Assembly (NCBI RefSeq): GCF_038025025.1
Contig: NW_027117345.1
Coordinates: 620,001 to 684,000, forward strand
Origin: Phyllosticta citribraziliensis
Lineage: Eukaryota
Direction of reading: 5' to 3'
Length of the DNA: 64,000 nucleotides
Below are positions 47,889-62,542 of this stretch, piece by piece. Position 1 is the stretch's first letter. Every line of letters starts with the position of its first letter. The notes beneath the pieces are model-generated. The model was not told where the DNA came from. It searched no databases and saw only the letters and a program-made list of their open reading frames with translations. The position numbers were made by a program, and so were the translations under genes.

Positions 47889-48823
47889 GCTTCTCGTATC
47901 TCTGTCTCCTCCTCCAAAACAACAAAACCCGTCTGCGCACAAAAATAGGCCTGCCACCGCGATCCCTTGCAAGCCACCGTCGGTCGTCCTTCTGCACGGC
48001 TTCCTTGTGCCGCGTCATTCCGCAGCGACTCCAACGGTTGTCATTCGCACCCCCAGCGGAACGTTGCACCGCCGGGCCCTTAGCCCGTCGCTCCCTGGGG
48101 CTCTCCACCTCACCCCGAAGAGATAACCAGCAACCATGGCTACCACTATCTAGCATGCGCATGCATACGCGTCCCGCGACCTTTTCCGTCGTTGTTTTCG
48201 TGCTCTGCTCCACCATGTCCGGTCTATCTTCACTCTCTTGAAGACTCCCTCCTCCTCCGCACTCCAATGCCCCGTTACCTAATGGCGCGACCTTTTGAAA
48301 TGACCTCTGACAGCACACAGCGTTGCACCGTGCCGCTGCAGCCCGCAAATGCTCTGCCCCATACCACTTAGGTACATGTCGTAGTACCTGTACTGTACCT
48401 ACCACCAGTGTACCATGCTTCATCGCGACTTCATTCGCCTGCTGCCCTCTTCCGCTTTCACCGACAATTGACCCGGCCCCTTGGCCTTCAATCCTTCAAT
48501 CTTTTACTCGCCACGCTGCGTCGTTCTAGACTTCGACTCGAACCCCCGTGCAGGTCTACGGCAAATACACGAGATTCCAAAACCAATGCCCGAGTAACAA
48601 TTCTTGAACGTCTTTCCTTCCGGTGAAAATCGCCCAGTCTCAACGGCTTCCACGTGTTGACCGCCATTGTGGACGTGTATGTAAGAATTGACTGAGACGA
48701 TAGAGTATGTAATGACCTTTTTCCTGGCATGAGGGTATCATTTGATCGTTTTCCTTTCCCATACGACCATTCTTGCCAAAACAAAACTCCTCTTCCTCGT
48801 GAACCCCTGCCCGGCCCTTTCGC

Positions 48824-50072
48824 TCAGGCACCGACACCCTTCATCTTGGCTGCCTTTCTCTCAGCGTCCTTCCTCTCGTCGACTCGGCTCAAAAAGTCCA
48901 TCCGGCCCAGGTAGCCCTCCTTCGCGCGCCCGTATTCGTCCAGCTCGTCCGCAATGCCCTCGCGATCCACGTACCCGGCCCAATCCAACCTGCTCTTGTC
49001 CACCGTATTGAGCTTCTGTGCCTTGTCAAGCCGCCGCGCGCCTGCCACTGCTGCGCGTTCTGCTGCTGTCATGCCGTCTCTCTGGTTTGCATGAGGAACA
49101 GGCGACAAGGCTGCGAGGGTCGGATCAAGCAGCCTACGCCTGTTCGCCCATGTGAGTTGTTTATCGGGTGGCAAGCCTTTCACTTCTCCGGTAGGATTCG
49201 GGTCGAAGCGCGATGGGCGGCGCAGAGGGCGGCGAACTTTGAGTTTGCCATCGTCGGATGCGGTCGCGGGCGAGCCATCTGGAGGAGGGGTGGCTGAGGC
49301 ACTACTCCTGGGCGCAGATTTCCGTTCTCTCAATTGTTGGTCCTGCTGTTGCTTTTGCGCTTCTTGCTGCGTGAGATACAGCCTTGCTTCGGCCGAGTTC
49401 TTTGGCACCTGACGCTCTTCTGTTATGCGGTCTCCGGCAAAGTCGTAGGTCCGCTTGATAGTGATTGTTTCTTCGTCTTCGGGCGCCGTCGCGGCGGCGA
49501 CCGTCGTGCCCGTCGGCTGTTGAACGTCGCCATTCGCAGGGGCAGCAGGCGGTAATGGTTCGGGAGGTTTTGCGACGGGTGCTGAGGCTAGTTTTGACCA
49601 TATTTCATCGATGTCTGCGGTTGCGCCCTCAGTGTCGGCCAAAGGCCGTCGTTCCTTTTGCCTGCAATGCGCGACTCTGTTAGTCTCTGCTCCTTTGAAA
49701 ACCCATGCGTCGATGGAGCACTCACTCAGTCCTCCTTTGTGCCCTCGTCTTTACAAGACCGCCTTCCCCACCGTCGGCATCGCTGAGGTGCAGGTCTTCG
49801 TCTCCTCCCGAGGCGTCCTTTCTGCCTGTCCGCCGTTTCTTTCGCGCCACGGTTATCGTCGCCTCATCACCAGAATCAAGTTCGTCGTCATTGAGCGCGT
49901 CCCGCTTTCGCTTGGTCTTGGTCTTTCGGTTGGATGCGCGGGTGTTGGACTCGTCGTCGGTGTCGGAGCTGGAAGACTCCTCTGCTGCCACGACGGCGTC
50001 GGGATTGAACTCTTCATCGGAAGCCGAGTTGTAGTTCTCGTCCGTGCCGAGTAGGCCAGGTAATTCAGCCAT
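48824..50072 (-). CDS. SWC5: SWR1-complex protein 5 (BCNT domain)
   Basis: DENYNSASDEEFNP; intron 49662-49725; ITIKRTYDFAGDRITEERQVPKNSAEA; BCNT KLNTVDKSRLDWAGYVDREGIADEL...GYLGRMDFL. Confidence 0.93.
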
Positions 50073-50611
50073 GGGTCAAGTGAGGAGGAATGGCAGACAA
50101 GTTGGTTGAATGTAGAGCAGCACGTAGTCGCGAGCGAACAGTGGCGCAAGGATGCGAGGTGATCGGCGCTGGGATTTTGCTAGGGTAAAGCAGTGCTCGT
50201 TGCATAAAACACGCTCGACTTGCCCCTCAACTGCATTTTTGAATTCCTCCCTAATTTCTGGTGCCTGTGTGGCCGTTCAAATATCGATTGAGTCTTTTTA
50301 ACAGGCCAGCAAGACTCGTGTTGAGCTCCCTCGTCGACATCTGCCACAATGCATCCCAGCATTCGTCAATCGTCACATTCATGCTTTTAGTTCTTTCGCT
50401 AGGGGTATTCTCACAGCCCCGCTCGGCAGTCCACTCGTCATCATACCAGCCAGAAACTGGTCGTACTGGTCCCCTTGAAATCAGCGAAGGCGCTATGCAA
50501 TCAGCACAACCGGCCTTCGTCCTCCACAAGCACGCCTACACACAGACGCCATGCTATGCAACAAAGCAGAAGCAACAGTCAAGACCCTCTCGCCACAGCC
50601 CTCGTCATCTC

Positions 50612-53405
50612 TCAACCACTCATGATCGTGTCGATCGTCGTATCACCCTCGCCATCCCCATCGCGCTGGGAATCGTAGTCCAGGTCAAAGATCTTGTAGT
50701 GCTTCAAGTCCTCGCCCAAAACGCATACGATGCGCCTATCCTTGCGGCCGTTCACTTCAAGCCGAAGTGGGACAAAGTGATCGCCAGCACGAAAGACGTG
50801 CTTGACATAGCGGCTCCAGCGCTCCGAGTCGGCCGCTTCGAACTGCCAGCCGTCCCTGTTTTCGAGAGGTATAGCTGATCCACCTGGGAGCGCATGTGCC
50901 AATGTTTCTTGCGCAAAAGTTGACGTTGTGAACTGTGCTGTCGGTGCAAAGTCGCGCGAGTAGGCCGAGTAGGGCAGGAAGAGGAGATATGAGGTGGCGC
51001 CATGTTGGAGAAGAAGTAACAGAGACGAGTCGTCGGCGAATTTGACGTCCTTGATCGTGCCACCCAAAAACTCGACTGTGTTTGATTGCATAGATCGAAC
51101 GTCATTCTCGATGTTTTCAAACTTGTCGGCGTGAACAATGCGATGGAGGCGGACTATTTGGTGGTTAGGCGTAATCTTGCAATTTTGAAGGCAGAGCTTG
51201 TTCACCTTGGCTCTTGTTTCCAGAAGGAACAATTGCAACGTATGTTGTCAAGTTGGACAGCTCTTCGAGTCTCTGTCTCTGGTGTTAGCGTGCGACTTTC
51301 TGGAAGGAGAACTGAGCAGACCTCGTGGACCATCCGCATGTCTCGGGCATGCGAAGCCTCTTCTGCCTCGAGGATGAGACCACAACTCAGACCGCAGTTG
51401 GCGGCCTGCCATGCCGTGATTTGCGCAAACAATCTGTCACATTGCGCTTGTAAGAGCTGTGTCACTGACCAAGTGCACAAGCTACCCTCTTGCACAGGCC
51501 GGTCCATTTTGAGGAAGTGCATGTTGTTCTTCACGTTTTCGTACTCCACCACCTCCAGCTTGAAGATGCCCAGGTCTTGTTGACGCCTCAAGAATGGGGT
51601 TAGGTTGCTCTCCTTTAGAGTCCTGGGAATGTACGCCAGTAGCTGGGCATAGTCAACACCAGCGTCCTTCTCGGCTTCTTCATTTGCCTGGGTCGATGGA
51701 TCCGCGGCCTGAGTATCGATTTCGTGACGCAACCATTTCGAGAATGCGAGAAATTGGCGACGCTCTTCTCCAGCATAGATTAGGATGTTGTGGCCCAAGA
51801 GCCGGAGAGATCGAATGGTCTCAAGAATCTCGGTGAGTTCTTCAGGGGGCACGTTGATAATTGAGCTAGACCCCGTGTACCTCGCCAGGCCACGCAGCAT
51901 GCTGACGACAATGCTACAGCGGTCGAGTGCGGGAAGCAGATTCTCGTGAGTCATTTCCAGAACTTTGGTGTATCCCTGCGTAGCAGCTTGATCCCAACGT
52001 TTGTGGCCCTAAGCAAAGTGCCATGTTAGCTTCATCCGCCTGCATCGTCCCGAGTCTGCCTTACACTTTCTGTCAACTCATCAGTCAACCATTCTTTGAT
52101 GGTCTTCGGGCAATGGCCGGTGGCTGCGAGGTGATAGAGGCTTTGGACCAAGTCAGGTTCGCCCTTTGACGCCAGAGTCTCATCAATATTCAACATAAAC
52201 TTCGACGGAAGATCTCGAGCATGATTGAAATAAGCTATGATGGTCTTCAGGCAGGCTCGAAGATACAGCAGGAGACTCTGAAGCTGTGCCGTTTTGGAAG
52301 CGATTAAGTGCAGGTATATTCCCGTCGTTGGTATGAAGCGGAGTGTCAACGGAGCAAGAGCCAGTTTGACATGCTGCGGTTTCTTTCCTCTGACCTCCAT
52401 CAACGACAAGTGACTGCAAGAGTACGGATGCGAAGCAGTGAGAAGCGGGAGCGTGTTTGACAATGACCAGTCTCCTGGAAGCCGCATGGCGCCAATCTCC
52501 AAGGAATCATAAATGGTGGGACTGATGGATCCATCTTCGCATCCAACCAGAAGCACGTCAACAGTATTGTGATCCTTCAGGTGCTGAGAGTGGAAAATCG
52601 CATCGATTGACTGCTGCGAGCTAAAAGCGTCCGAGGAGCTTGCTCTCGACATCATCTGCAATGGATTTGCCGGCGGCGCAGGGATGACGGGAAGTTTTGG
52701 AAGTACATCTTGGACGTCAATCAACGCAATTTGGTCTGGAAGATCTGGTGCTATTCCAAGCTTTTGCATGTCCGGCTGGCGCTCGAGAAAGTCGTCTAAC
52801 GTGACCTCGTCTTGCTTTTCAGCCCATTCATCGGTGGTAGCAAGCAGATTGCCTGACACCGAGTCATGGCCATTGGATGTCGCTTTGGAAGAACCGGTGC
52901 GGTCTTTGACGGAATCCACGTCTATAAAATTGACACCCCAGCCAAGGCAAGAGACTTTTGGGGCGGAGGTTTCATCGCCCAAAGACGCGGACGAGGCCTC
53001 TCGAAGGACTTGCTTGACGGTTTTTCCAGTTTCAGACGAGACAATGTCGATACTTCCATCGTCCCAGGCGACGGCAAGGTGCTGACCTGCGTGCGAGAAG
53101 AATGTTAACATCTGGAGGTTTGATGCGCGTCACATGATGGCGACAATGCGTTTGACGGGAGTCAAGAAGACGGGTCTTTGGTTACCATTGAATTTCCAAC
53201 ATATCGACTCGACGGCGCTGCCCATTTTGCGCTTGAGACCGAAAGCTCGTTGGCCATTGAGTCGATACACGTCGATGTTTTCATCCTTGGTGACGACGGC
53301 AACGAGGTCCATCGTCGGACAGTACGAAAACAGATGAGGGTAGATGGGCTGCTGGAGCGCCTTTTCGGCCTGCAGCATCAGCGATGGCGCCTGTGCAGGC
53401 TCCAT
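50612..53405 (-). CDS. APC4: Anaphase-promoting complex subunit 4 (Cut20/Lid1)
   Basis: YCPTMDLVA...VYRLNGQR, WKFNG/QHLAVAWDDG; SLYHLAATGHC...EWLTDEL/GHKRWD; THENLLPALDRCSIVVSMLRGLA; FLAFSKWLRHEID. Introns 53087-53185, 52009-52064, 51273-51321 and 51154-51205. Confidence 0.92.
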
Positions 53406-53996
53406 GGTGCGCTGTCGGCATGCAGTGAGACGTGTGGTGGGCCCAAGGCAAAGCAATCGAGAGAATTGATCAATCCATAACGTGGTCGCAGTCGGGTCTG
53501 GCGCGGAAACTGAGGCGCGTCGCTTCAGATCGCGTCCGCGCATGGTAGGCACGTGGCACAGGAATTTCTGCGGCACTCCGGCTGCACCCCACAAAGACGA
53601 CGAGAAGTGGAGCTTATGGATGCTCCTTATGACCCTCACGTCCCTCGTAATTGTTGAAAAGTGCTCAGGGGCTCTGGGGCTTAAATGCTCCATGTAGATT
53701 ACTTTCCAAAGTGCACGAATGCTCCCTGTCTGCACTCTACTATCCACCAAGCCTGGACAACTCATGCCTTTGCCGCCTCACAACCACCACATTTGCAAAG
53801 TGCTTTGATCGGCTCACGGTGAGCTTCGGGGGGTGGTTTACGCATTACAAGGTCTAAGATTGAGCTCCTTCGGCTTAGTGACTTTATCGATGACCCCACG
53901 CTCAAGCGCTCCCGGCCCACCCCTGTCATTGTTCCATGGCCCAGGAGCCCGAATGCTCCCAAATCCACCCCCTGACCCCCATGTGCACACAATTCA

Positions 53997-55641
53997 TCAA
54001 ACTATATCGTAGGCCTCGGCAATCGATTTGACTTCTCTCGAGAAAGATATATCTTCGTTCTCGTTGAGCAGAGTGACGTTTGAGACCTAGTCCAGTTAGT
54101 CATGGTCGCTTCTTCCAGGCTGGGAACTTACGTCGACTTCCACAAACGGCTTCGTCTTGGCGAAGCGCACTCTCATTGGCAAGAACTCGGCATCGCTCTC
54201 TGCTTGAGCCTCAAATTCAAAGCTGCCGTTGGAGTTGGCGGCGTCGACGTTGCCAATGTTCCATTCCAGACTGTCCCCGGAGACCTCGTAGACAGCATCG
54301 AGACTTGAAACGGACGGTTCGCTTGTGCTGTAGGGGATGGTGACGGCCACGTCCTTCAGAGAATCATCGCCTGACAGCTTGTACTCGACAATCACGCTGT
54401 ACGTGTTGACTCCCGCCTCGGAGGCCCAAACAGTAAAGGTGATTGGGAGGTCGTCGAGGACCTCTGAGCCGAATGTGTGCTGCCACCGGACGACGGGAAT
54501 CTTCGCGTTGATTGCGAACCCCTTCGAGGCATCTGCTGCCTGAACAATCTTGTCGCTCGCGAATAATGGCCGATTGACCTTGGGGTTGAGATTGATTTGC
54601 ACTCCGCGCGTGTTGCCAACGTCCATGTGCAGCCTGGCCTGCGCAAGCGCGGGATCAGAAATGCGTAGTTGCAATTCACCCTTCACAGTGAAGACCTTGA
54701 CAGAGCCATCCTTGCTCAACTTGGCGTCAAAATTCTCGGCAATGATGATGTGGAACCCGTTGCCGTCCGCAGATGTGGGAGCGCGAGCGGCGGGCGTTGA
54801 TGCCGATGCGGGCGTCGGAGTACTGGATATCAGAGGCGCTTCTGGCTCCGGGCCAAGGTCCGCGCGGACAGCATCGAACATGTTGGTGGTCTTGGACTTT
54901 TTGCCCAGCTGCATGCCCTTCCCTCTGACCGGCATGGTCTTCTTGTTCTCGTTCTTGGCCGCATAGTAGCTGTCATAGGTATCGGGGACGGGGGATTGGA
55001 CAGGTGGCGTGTATGTAGGGTAGGAGGGCGTGCGTGGGACTGCCCCGGCGCGACCACTGCGAGACATTTCCTTGCGTTGCATCTCGAGCTGCTTGGCCTT
55101 CCTCTTGCGCTCTTCACTGGCTTCCAATTCCTTGTTACGTGCAATTATTTCCTGGATTCTCTCCTCGTGAGACTCCATGTCCAGGAACGTCTTGATCTGC
55201 GACAAGGTCAGGTTCTCGCGATAGCCCAGGGTGACGAGCTCATCAAAGGCGCTGAGGAGCTCAAAGGCATTGCGAAGAATCTCGCGCTCGTCTAGACTCT
55301 TGCAGATGCTGGAGACGACCTGGGCAAACAAATGCAGCGAGTCGATATCTTGAAGGATGTTGGATTGGCGGTTCGTGATCAGGACCATGTACAACTCGTC
55401 AAGGGGCTGGTAGACGTAGCGGACATTGTCCTGCTCAACGGTCGTGTGCTGGGTTCCGGAGTCGGCAAGCTTAGGGAAAGATGCAAGCAGGGCTTCGATT
55501 CGGGACCGCTGCATCTCACGGAATTGGCGCGAGAGCACGGCTTTGCCGCCTCTGGTGCATATGGAGGCTGCCAGGACAACCTAGGGGACAGACGAGTTAG
55601 CAAGCGCAGGGTCAATTGGAGGCCTCCACTGGACGCACCAT
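53997..55641 (-). CDS. RET2: Coatomer subunit delta
   Basis: ATG-only first coding exon, intron 55581-55638, VVLAASICTRGGKAVLSRQFREMQRSRIEALLASFPKL...SNILQDIDSL; mu-homology domain; intron 54087-54131; ends AYDIV-stop. Confidence 0.95.
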
Positions 55642-56322
55642 GTTGGACGGGAAGAGCGCGAGACGGTGGGCAATCCAGATGGACCAGGGCGTTCGTATCA
55701 AGGAAGAGAGCAATGGAGGGTGCTGCTGTGGGAGGTGGAGGGCAATGTTTCTCAACACCTAGGTGGCTTCTTCCGTTCCAATCCCCGGTACGCTGCCCGC
55801 CCGTGGGAGCAGCCAGCTGGAGACCGTGGTCCGAGCGCCCTCCATTCCTTGGCTCGCTTACCTAACTTTTCCGTACCGAAACTAAACCCTCCCCGGCCCA
55901 CCGTTCCTTCCTTCGGTTCCCGTCCGTGCCTGTGTCTGCCCTGCCTGCCTGCCTGCCTGTGGCCTTGGTTCTCCCGTCGCGTCGTTTTCCCGTCACCGTC
56001 ACCTCTTGCCCGCCACCTGCACGCACACTGCACCTCTCTCCAGTTGCCCGTTCGTTTGCCACGACGCGACCTGACCCTCATCGCCATCTACCACAGACGC
56101 CTGCTCGTCTTAGCATTCTCCTCTGCCCCAATCCTACCATCGACCGAAGACAAAGTCTGCACCTCTACGACCTGAGAACCGCGCGACCGACCAAGCCAGA
56201 GCTTACCCGCTCACCCCGCCTGCTTCTTACTGATTTGCAGCACGCCACTTGGAGTACCGCACTCATTCCACCATCCGCCGAGGCTGCACGATACCCACGT
56301 CGCAAACAGCCACTGCGGCGTC

Positions 56323-59195
56323 ATGGCCATGGCTGCCAACCAAACCCTCCCCGGCCTGCAGGTCACAGCGCCAGAAGAAGACATGGAAATTTCAGACTAC
56401 GAGCGGACTGCCGATGACATCGACATCGACATTGACATAAGCGTGGAGCCCATCCGAGAAGAGGACGACGACTACATGGTAGACGACCGCTCGGAACACG
56501 AGAACAAAGACGACATCATGCTGGACAGTGATGGCCAAGAAGATGAAGATGGCATGATGCAGGACAACTTTTCTGTCCCCGATGAACATCTGACTGATGC
56601 CAGCGACATTGGCTACGTTGATATTGAAGTGAAAGAGGCCCCGCAGGAACCTGCCGACACGGACGTCCGAGATGGAGACCAAGTTGACGACTTCATTGAC
56701 TACGATGACAATGTCACCCTTGAACCAAAAGAAGAAGACCAGCTTCCGATGCAACAATCGGAAGCCGCGCCGCCCATGCCCCCAAACGCACCTGAAAACA
56801 GCCAAGGCGTTGGCCCTTCGGAGACAGGGGATGCTTCATTCCAGCAAGTCGCCGAGAACAGTCCCGTCTCGCATCAAGTCGAGTCTCTTCGTCAAGAGCC
56901 AGATCCACAAGACCCGCACACTTCTGAAGACACTTCCCACGAACAGACTGACAAAGACGTGGAAAGCTCCGATATGCCCGCCAACCCCTCGGAAGAGCCG
57001 GCGGACAAATCGCCCGTTGGAGCCTCCCAGGAGAGCCATGTCAGCGGACACCCGCCTGAGACGGACGCAAGCGTTCCCGAGGAAGCACTCAAAGACCAAG
57101 AAGCTCCCGAGAAAAGCAGCGACCAGAATTTGGCTCAGTCCCCCAAGAATGTTGACAGTTTGCCGGTGCCTGAGCCATCTCATGGAACGAACCAAGAAGA
57201 GACCCGGGCAGAAGGTCTCGATGGTGCCGTGAACTTGACTCACGAAAAGCAGAATGGGGAAGAGCAGCAAAGCACATCGACGCATTCTCTGCATCCCGTT
57301 GTGGTCGTTTACAACGAAGAAGAAATATCTCTCTTCCCTCCCAGCGATGGTGACACGTCTGGAAGCTATTACTTCCTTCAGGATGAGGAGCTTGCCCACG
57401 GAAGCATCCGATCTCTCCTCGACGCATGTAGGCAGGTTCTAGGTGACACGGTTCAGCACGAAGACGAGTTGGAGATAGATGTAGCGGAACTCGGCCTTCG
57501 CGTCAGTGAGGTATGTACAACGCATTTCACGCGATGCATTTTGCGCTAACACGTTGTCAGGAATCGCTTGATGCCGCCCAGTGCACCTTTGCCCAAGTCC
57601 TTGATGCTTACATTCAGCTGCATCGAAATGATGGCGTCGAGAATCCCGGGCCACTTTACGTGGCTTTGAGCACGAGAACCAAGTTCTCCGCTCGTTTGGG
57701 GTCCATCATGAAAACCGTCTCTGATGGAAAGGGAATGTCGCAGCTGCCCTTTCCCGATTACGCTGCCGAGGAGGAGCCATACTCTGATTCTCCAGATCAC
57801 CATCAGCAGGAATCCGAAGGTCACGCAGAGGAAAGCGGCCGAGCACCCGATGTAAAAGACGCCGCCAACGTCTCGGCTCGCGGAAGCCTTGCTCGTGAAC
57901 GAGGTGACGATCTCGATAGCAGTGTGAGCCAGGGACAAGAAGTTGTGCCCAGCTTGCATAGTACCGGTGCTGGAGCCGACCCCGGCTCGGCTGACACAAA
58001 ACCTGAAGAAAGCTTGGCGACGGATGGAACTCACTATTTGGATACCCACGAGGCCGGAGAAGAGCCATACGCTGATGAGCTTCCTGAGTACAATTCTGAG
58101 GACGAAAACACAACTCGTGCTGGAGACAGCACGGGGGTGTTTGCAACGGGCGACTTTTCAGCGGCATCACATCACGACCAGAGCGACTTGGACGATGTAC
58201 ACAAAGGCGACGATGGCGAGTCGCACGGCTCATCGACCGTTCGGGGAGACAACACACCCGCAACCACAGAGCACGGCACTTTGGCAACCAGTCACGCGGC
58301 AGAACCCGCGGCTCAACATCCTCAAACAGAGACTGAATCCTTTGTCGGAACGGTCGATGTTCAGGAGTTTGGCTATGGGGGTAGCGCCGATGTAGCAGGC
58401 CAAGAGGGCAACGACGGTGAAGAAAATGAAGATGCTGAAGAGCACGAGCCACACGTAGATGAGGATGGATACGCTGGAGAAGAGAACGAGGATCACGGAA
58501 GCAGTGCTCAAGGTTTTGACCAGAGCGGATATGTCGGCAGAGAGTATGAGTACGCCGAAGATGACCCTAACCCACAGCAACAAGATGCCGATTTCAACGA
58601 TGAGGAACAATTCGATCTGCCTAGCGACGATGAGCACGATGGGTACGACGACCAGGAACCCCAGGCCTTCGACGAAAAGATCCACGTCCAAGAGAAAGGC
58701 AACGATTCGAACGAGGCAGGAATTGCCGACCAAGAAGCAGGCGAGTACGTGGTTGTCGAGAATGAGGATGCCTATGAAGAGGGCGACCCTGAAGCCAATG
58801 ATCACGATGGACGCTCTACGCATGATGATCAGTCCGATGACGCCTACGCCAATCAGACAGCGGAGAACAACGAGGATGCGACGCTTGCAGAGCTTGGGGC
58901 CGACGCGCAGCGGACTGCCGATGATCAATATCACCCAGCAAGTCCCATTGGAGGTGGAGTTGACGACGATACCATTGACTACGACGACGAGGAACTTTCA
59001 CGTCAGTCGGAAGAAGAGGCCTCGACGGCTGAAGGTGTCGCTGCATCTCCGTCCAGCTTCAAAAGAACCTGGGAGGAGTTTGATCACGGCGAGAAGACCG
59101 CTGACAACGACCAAGGTAAGCCAAGTTCACACGCAACGACACTGGATCGGCAAGCTCACGGTCGCGCAGCTCTCAAGAAAGTCAAGTCCGGGTGA
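56323..59195 (+). CDS. Asp/Glu-rich protein with a central DUF2420 (Rmr1-like) domain
   Basis: HPVVVVYNEEEISLFPP...LLDACRQVLG...ELEIDVAELGLRVSE, intron 57511-57560, FAQVLDAYIQLHRNDGVENPGPLYVALSTR; probable second intron 59116-59169. Confidence 0.8.
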
Positions 59196-60757
59196 TGGCC
59201 CTGTCGAAAGCCCGGGATGAGGACTGCACAGCCACGAAAGCTCGTTTTCCCACGGTGCCCCCAACCCCCATTCCGATGTTGGCGCTTCCTCCAGTTCCAC
59301 CGCGCGTCCAACAAAGAACCCTTGCCCCCGTGTACACGTAACTTGAAGACAGCTAGCCCTGCTCCGGACTTGCGGCCGAAGGGCCATGCCTCAGCAGTGC
59401 AAACGGATCCGAAGCAAAGCCGCGGCTCGAAGACTCGACGATACATAGCGAGCGGATGGATGACGACGGCCTCGGATTTGCCAGGAGCGATGTCAAGATG
59501 GCTGGGAACTAACGACGCAGGCAATGAAGCAGTAAGTGCGAGCTCGACATGAAAGTTCACTAACCCGGCCCGACCCGAAAGCCCCTTCGCCTCAGCAGCG
59601 CTTCCCGCCCAGCCTTGCCTGGTCTGCACCAGGGGACCAAGGCGTGGCTTTTGTAGCTGTGCATGTCCACACGCGATTTGCCAAGGGCTTGGGCACTTTA
59701 CCGGGGAGTTTGATTTTATTTGAGTCTGAATTTTCTTTTTCTTTTTTCTTCGGTCACGATGGGGATGGGGACGGAGATGGAGGATCGAGGAGTCTGGCGT
59801 TGCAAGGCTGCGTGCAGATGGAAAGCCTTGATGCGGCAGGCCAGATATACCCAGGTTGATGGACGTTGATCGACGGGAGTTTTGGAGGAGAGGGGGACGC
59901 GAAAAACGGCGGGCTGGTTGCAGTAGCAGCGTAGTTGTAGCAGTGCAGTCAGTCAGTGCCTTGTCGTAGCTACATGTAGCCAAGGCGGAGAATGGAGGAG
60001 TGAGGAAAACGAGAGGACGCGCCAGTGCAGAGCCGCAGAGGAGGGAGATGAGATGGCAGAGGGCCGGCAGTCGAGTGTTTCAGGCCACGCAACGCGGCGG
60101 GACCAAAATAGCAGAGCAGAGAGAGGTTCCTTGTCCATGAATAATGAATGCTGCTGCCATGGATGCATCCTTATGTAACGCCTGCGACGAGCCGCCCGGT
60201 GCCTCCTGACATGAACCAAGGGAGGCAAAAGACGACACGAAGACGCTCAGTACCGTACGGCCTCATTCCGCTCGTTCCCACTCTGGGTCCAGTCCAGAGC
60301 TACCCTACCCTACCGTAAGCCCAGGGCCCCAGCCAGGCACGCCCAATCGACCTGACACTTGGACCACCTACGCAACTCGACACTCTCTCTCTCCAGTCTC
60401 GCTCGCTCTACAGCCGCGCGCCGCTCCACTTGTATTGCCCACCCGTCCATCCGTCCGCTCGCTGCTCTCTTGCTCTCTCTCTCTCTCGCGACACTGTCTC
60501 TTTCTCCTCTCATTCAACCTTTCGCACATCCCCGCCCCCGCCCCTTTCTCTGCTCTGCTCGCCCTCGACGAACCCGCTTGCTGGTCCCAACACCGGACAC
60601 ATCCCGCCCGAGACCATCTGCGCACCGGCCGCGGCGATCACTACAACCTCGCCTCTCTGACCCGCCTACCGTCTGCTGCCCAGCTCTTCTTCTGCTGCCA
60701 AAGGAGAGCTCTACAATTTTGCTTTGCTGCCGGTCGTGGACTGCCGTCCTAGACAAC

Positions 60758-62542
60758 ATGGTAGAAGACAAGTACGCCGAATCGCCCTACCTACCTACCT
60801 GCCTGCCTCCACCCGCGCGCCGTGCCTGGCCTCGCCCTCGTCCGAGGAGCGCTGCACCAACTCCCGCAACTCCACCCAAGGAGGTCGACCTCAGTACTGA
60901 CTCTTGTATTTCAGATATGTCGGGCTGATGCTGGCCATATCCTCGTCATTGGCCATTGGTGAGCCCCTCCCCCCTTTGCTTTGCAACTTCCCGCAACCGA
61001 CTCTTGGACTGACCAAAGTTACAGGCACAAGCTTTGTTCTCACCAAAAAGGTTCGTCGCGCCAACGCCACCGACCTCTCGACACGCCCTGCGAGCTCGCT
61101 TTCCGTCCGACACAAGCTGACCGGTGGCAAAGGGATTGAATCAAGCTGGGGAACGCCATGGCTTTGACGGAAGTGGTTTCGCCTACCTCCGGTCTTCGAT
61201 ATGGTGGGGAGGCATCGTGACAAGTGCGCAACAGCCTGCATGGTTGCAATGGATTGGGGCTGACACTGCGCAGTGGTTATTGGCGAAATCGCAAATTTCG
61301 CCGCATATGCCTTTGCTCCAGCCATCCTGGTGACTCCTCTGGGCGCACTCTCTGTGCTCATTGGGTGAGTGGAAAGACCAAAAGCTTCAGGACATGATGC
61401 TCATCCGCGCCTTAGTTCTGTACTCGGTGTATACTTTCTCGGGGAAATTCTTGGGACCCTGGGCAAGATCGGATGCGCAACTTGCCTGATTGGATCTGTC
61501 ATCATCGTTCTCCATGCTCCACCGGACAAAGAGGTTCAAACGGTTGACGAGATTCTCCACTTTGCGATTCAGCCAGGTAAAGTTCTCCCTTTCGTCGCGG
61601 ACATGTCGCTTGATTTTTCTAACTAATCCCAATTCTAGGCTTTCTGCTCTACTGCCTCATAGTGACAGTCTTCTCCATCTCGATGATCTACAAAGTCGCA
61701 CCAAAACACGGCCGTCAGAACCCTTTGATCTACCTTTCAATCTGCTCGACCGTCGGATCGCTTTCAGTCATGGCCGTCAAGGCTTTCGGCATCGCCTTGA
61801 AGCTGACCCTAGCTGGCAACAACCAATTTACACACCCGAGCACTTACGTCTTCGCAATCGTCGTTGTTGTTTGCGTCCTGACGCAAATGAACTACTTCAA
61901 CAAGGCTCTGAGCCAGTTCTCGACAAACATGTACGCTTCCAAGATGGCCACAGGCTGTCCGGTTTTGCTAATGGTCCCAGTGTCAATCCTCTATACTACG
62001 TAACGTTTACGACTTTTACGCTAATTGCTTCGTCCATCCTCTTCCGAGGCTTCAACACCACATCGGCGGTGAATACAATCTCGCTGATCTGTGGATTTCT
62101 GGTGATCTTTAGCGGCGTGTACCTGCTCAACCTATCCCGTGGCGACCCCGAAGGCAACTCGCACCTCGCACACAAGTTTGACGATGCCGTCCCGACTGAC
62201 GGCATAGCCAACTACCAGACTCGGCGCTCAATGCAGTCCCGCCGCTCCGGAGACAGCGCATTTTCAAGCAGACACAGCCTTGGTGACAGGGAAGGGTTGA
62301 TGCGCGGCTTCCAGCAGAGGGACATTGATCTAGAGGGTGGCAGGGGCACCTTCGGACTCGGGGAGCTGGCCGACGACTCGGATGAAGTCGAAGATGACGG
62401 GAGCGGGAGAAAACGGACAAGCTTCGACAACCCAACAACAAACACTGAACTCCTCGGTCGAGGGAGCGGGTCTGGAAGTTCGACTCCCTCGGGGCTCTCG
62501 AAAGAAAAGCGGTCCATGACAAGTAAGAGCATGGAGACATGA
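60758..62542 (+). CDS. NIPA-family (DUF803) magnesium transporter
   Basis: Eight exons; introns 60772-60914, 60959-61024, 61051-61132, 61224-61273, 61365-61415, 61577-61638 and 61931-61980. [29 protein letters not shown]...WWGG...[25 protein letters not shown]...QMNYFNKAL...[11 protein letters not shown]. Confidence 0.93.

Noticed and set aside
48530..48550. GGTTCGAGTC B-box-like sequence on the minus strand
   Set aside because: The flanks do not pair as a T-stem and no cloverleaf forms
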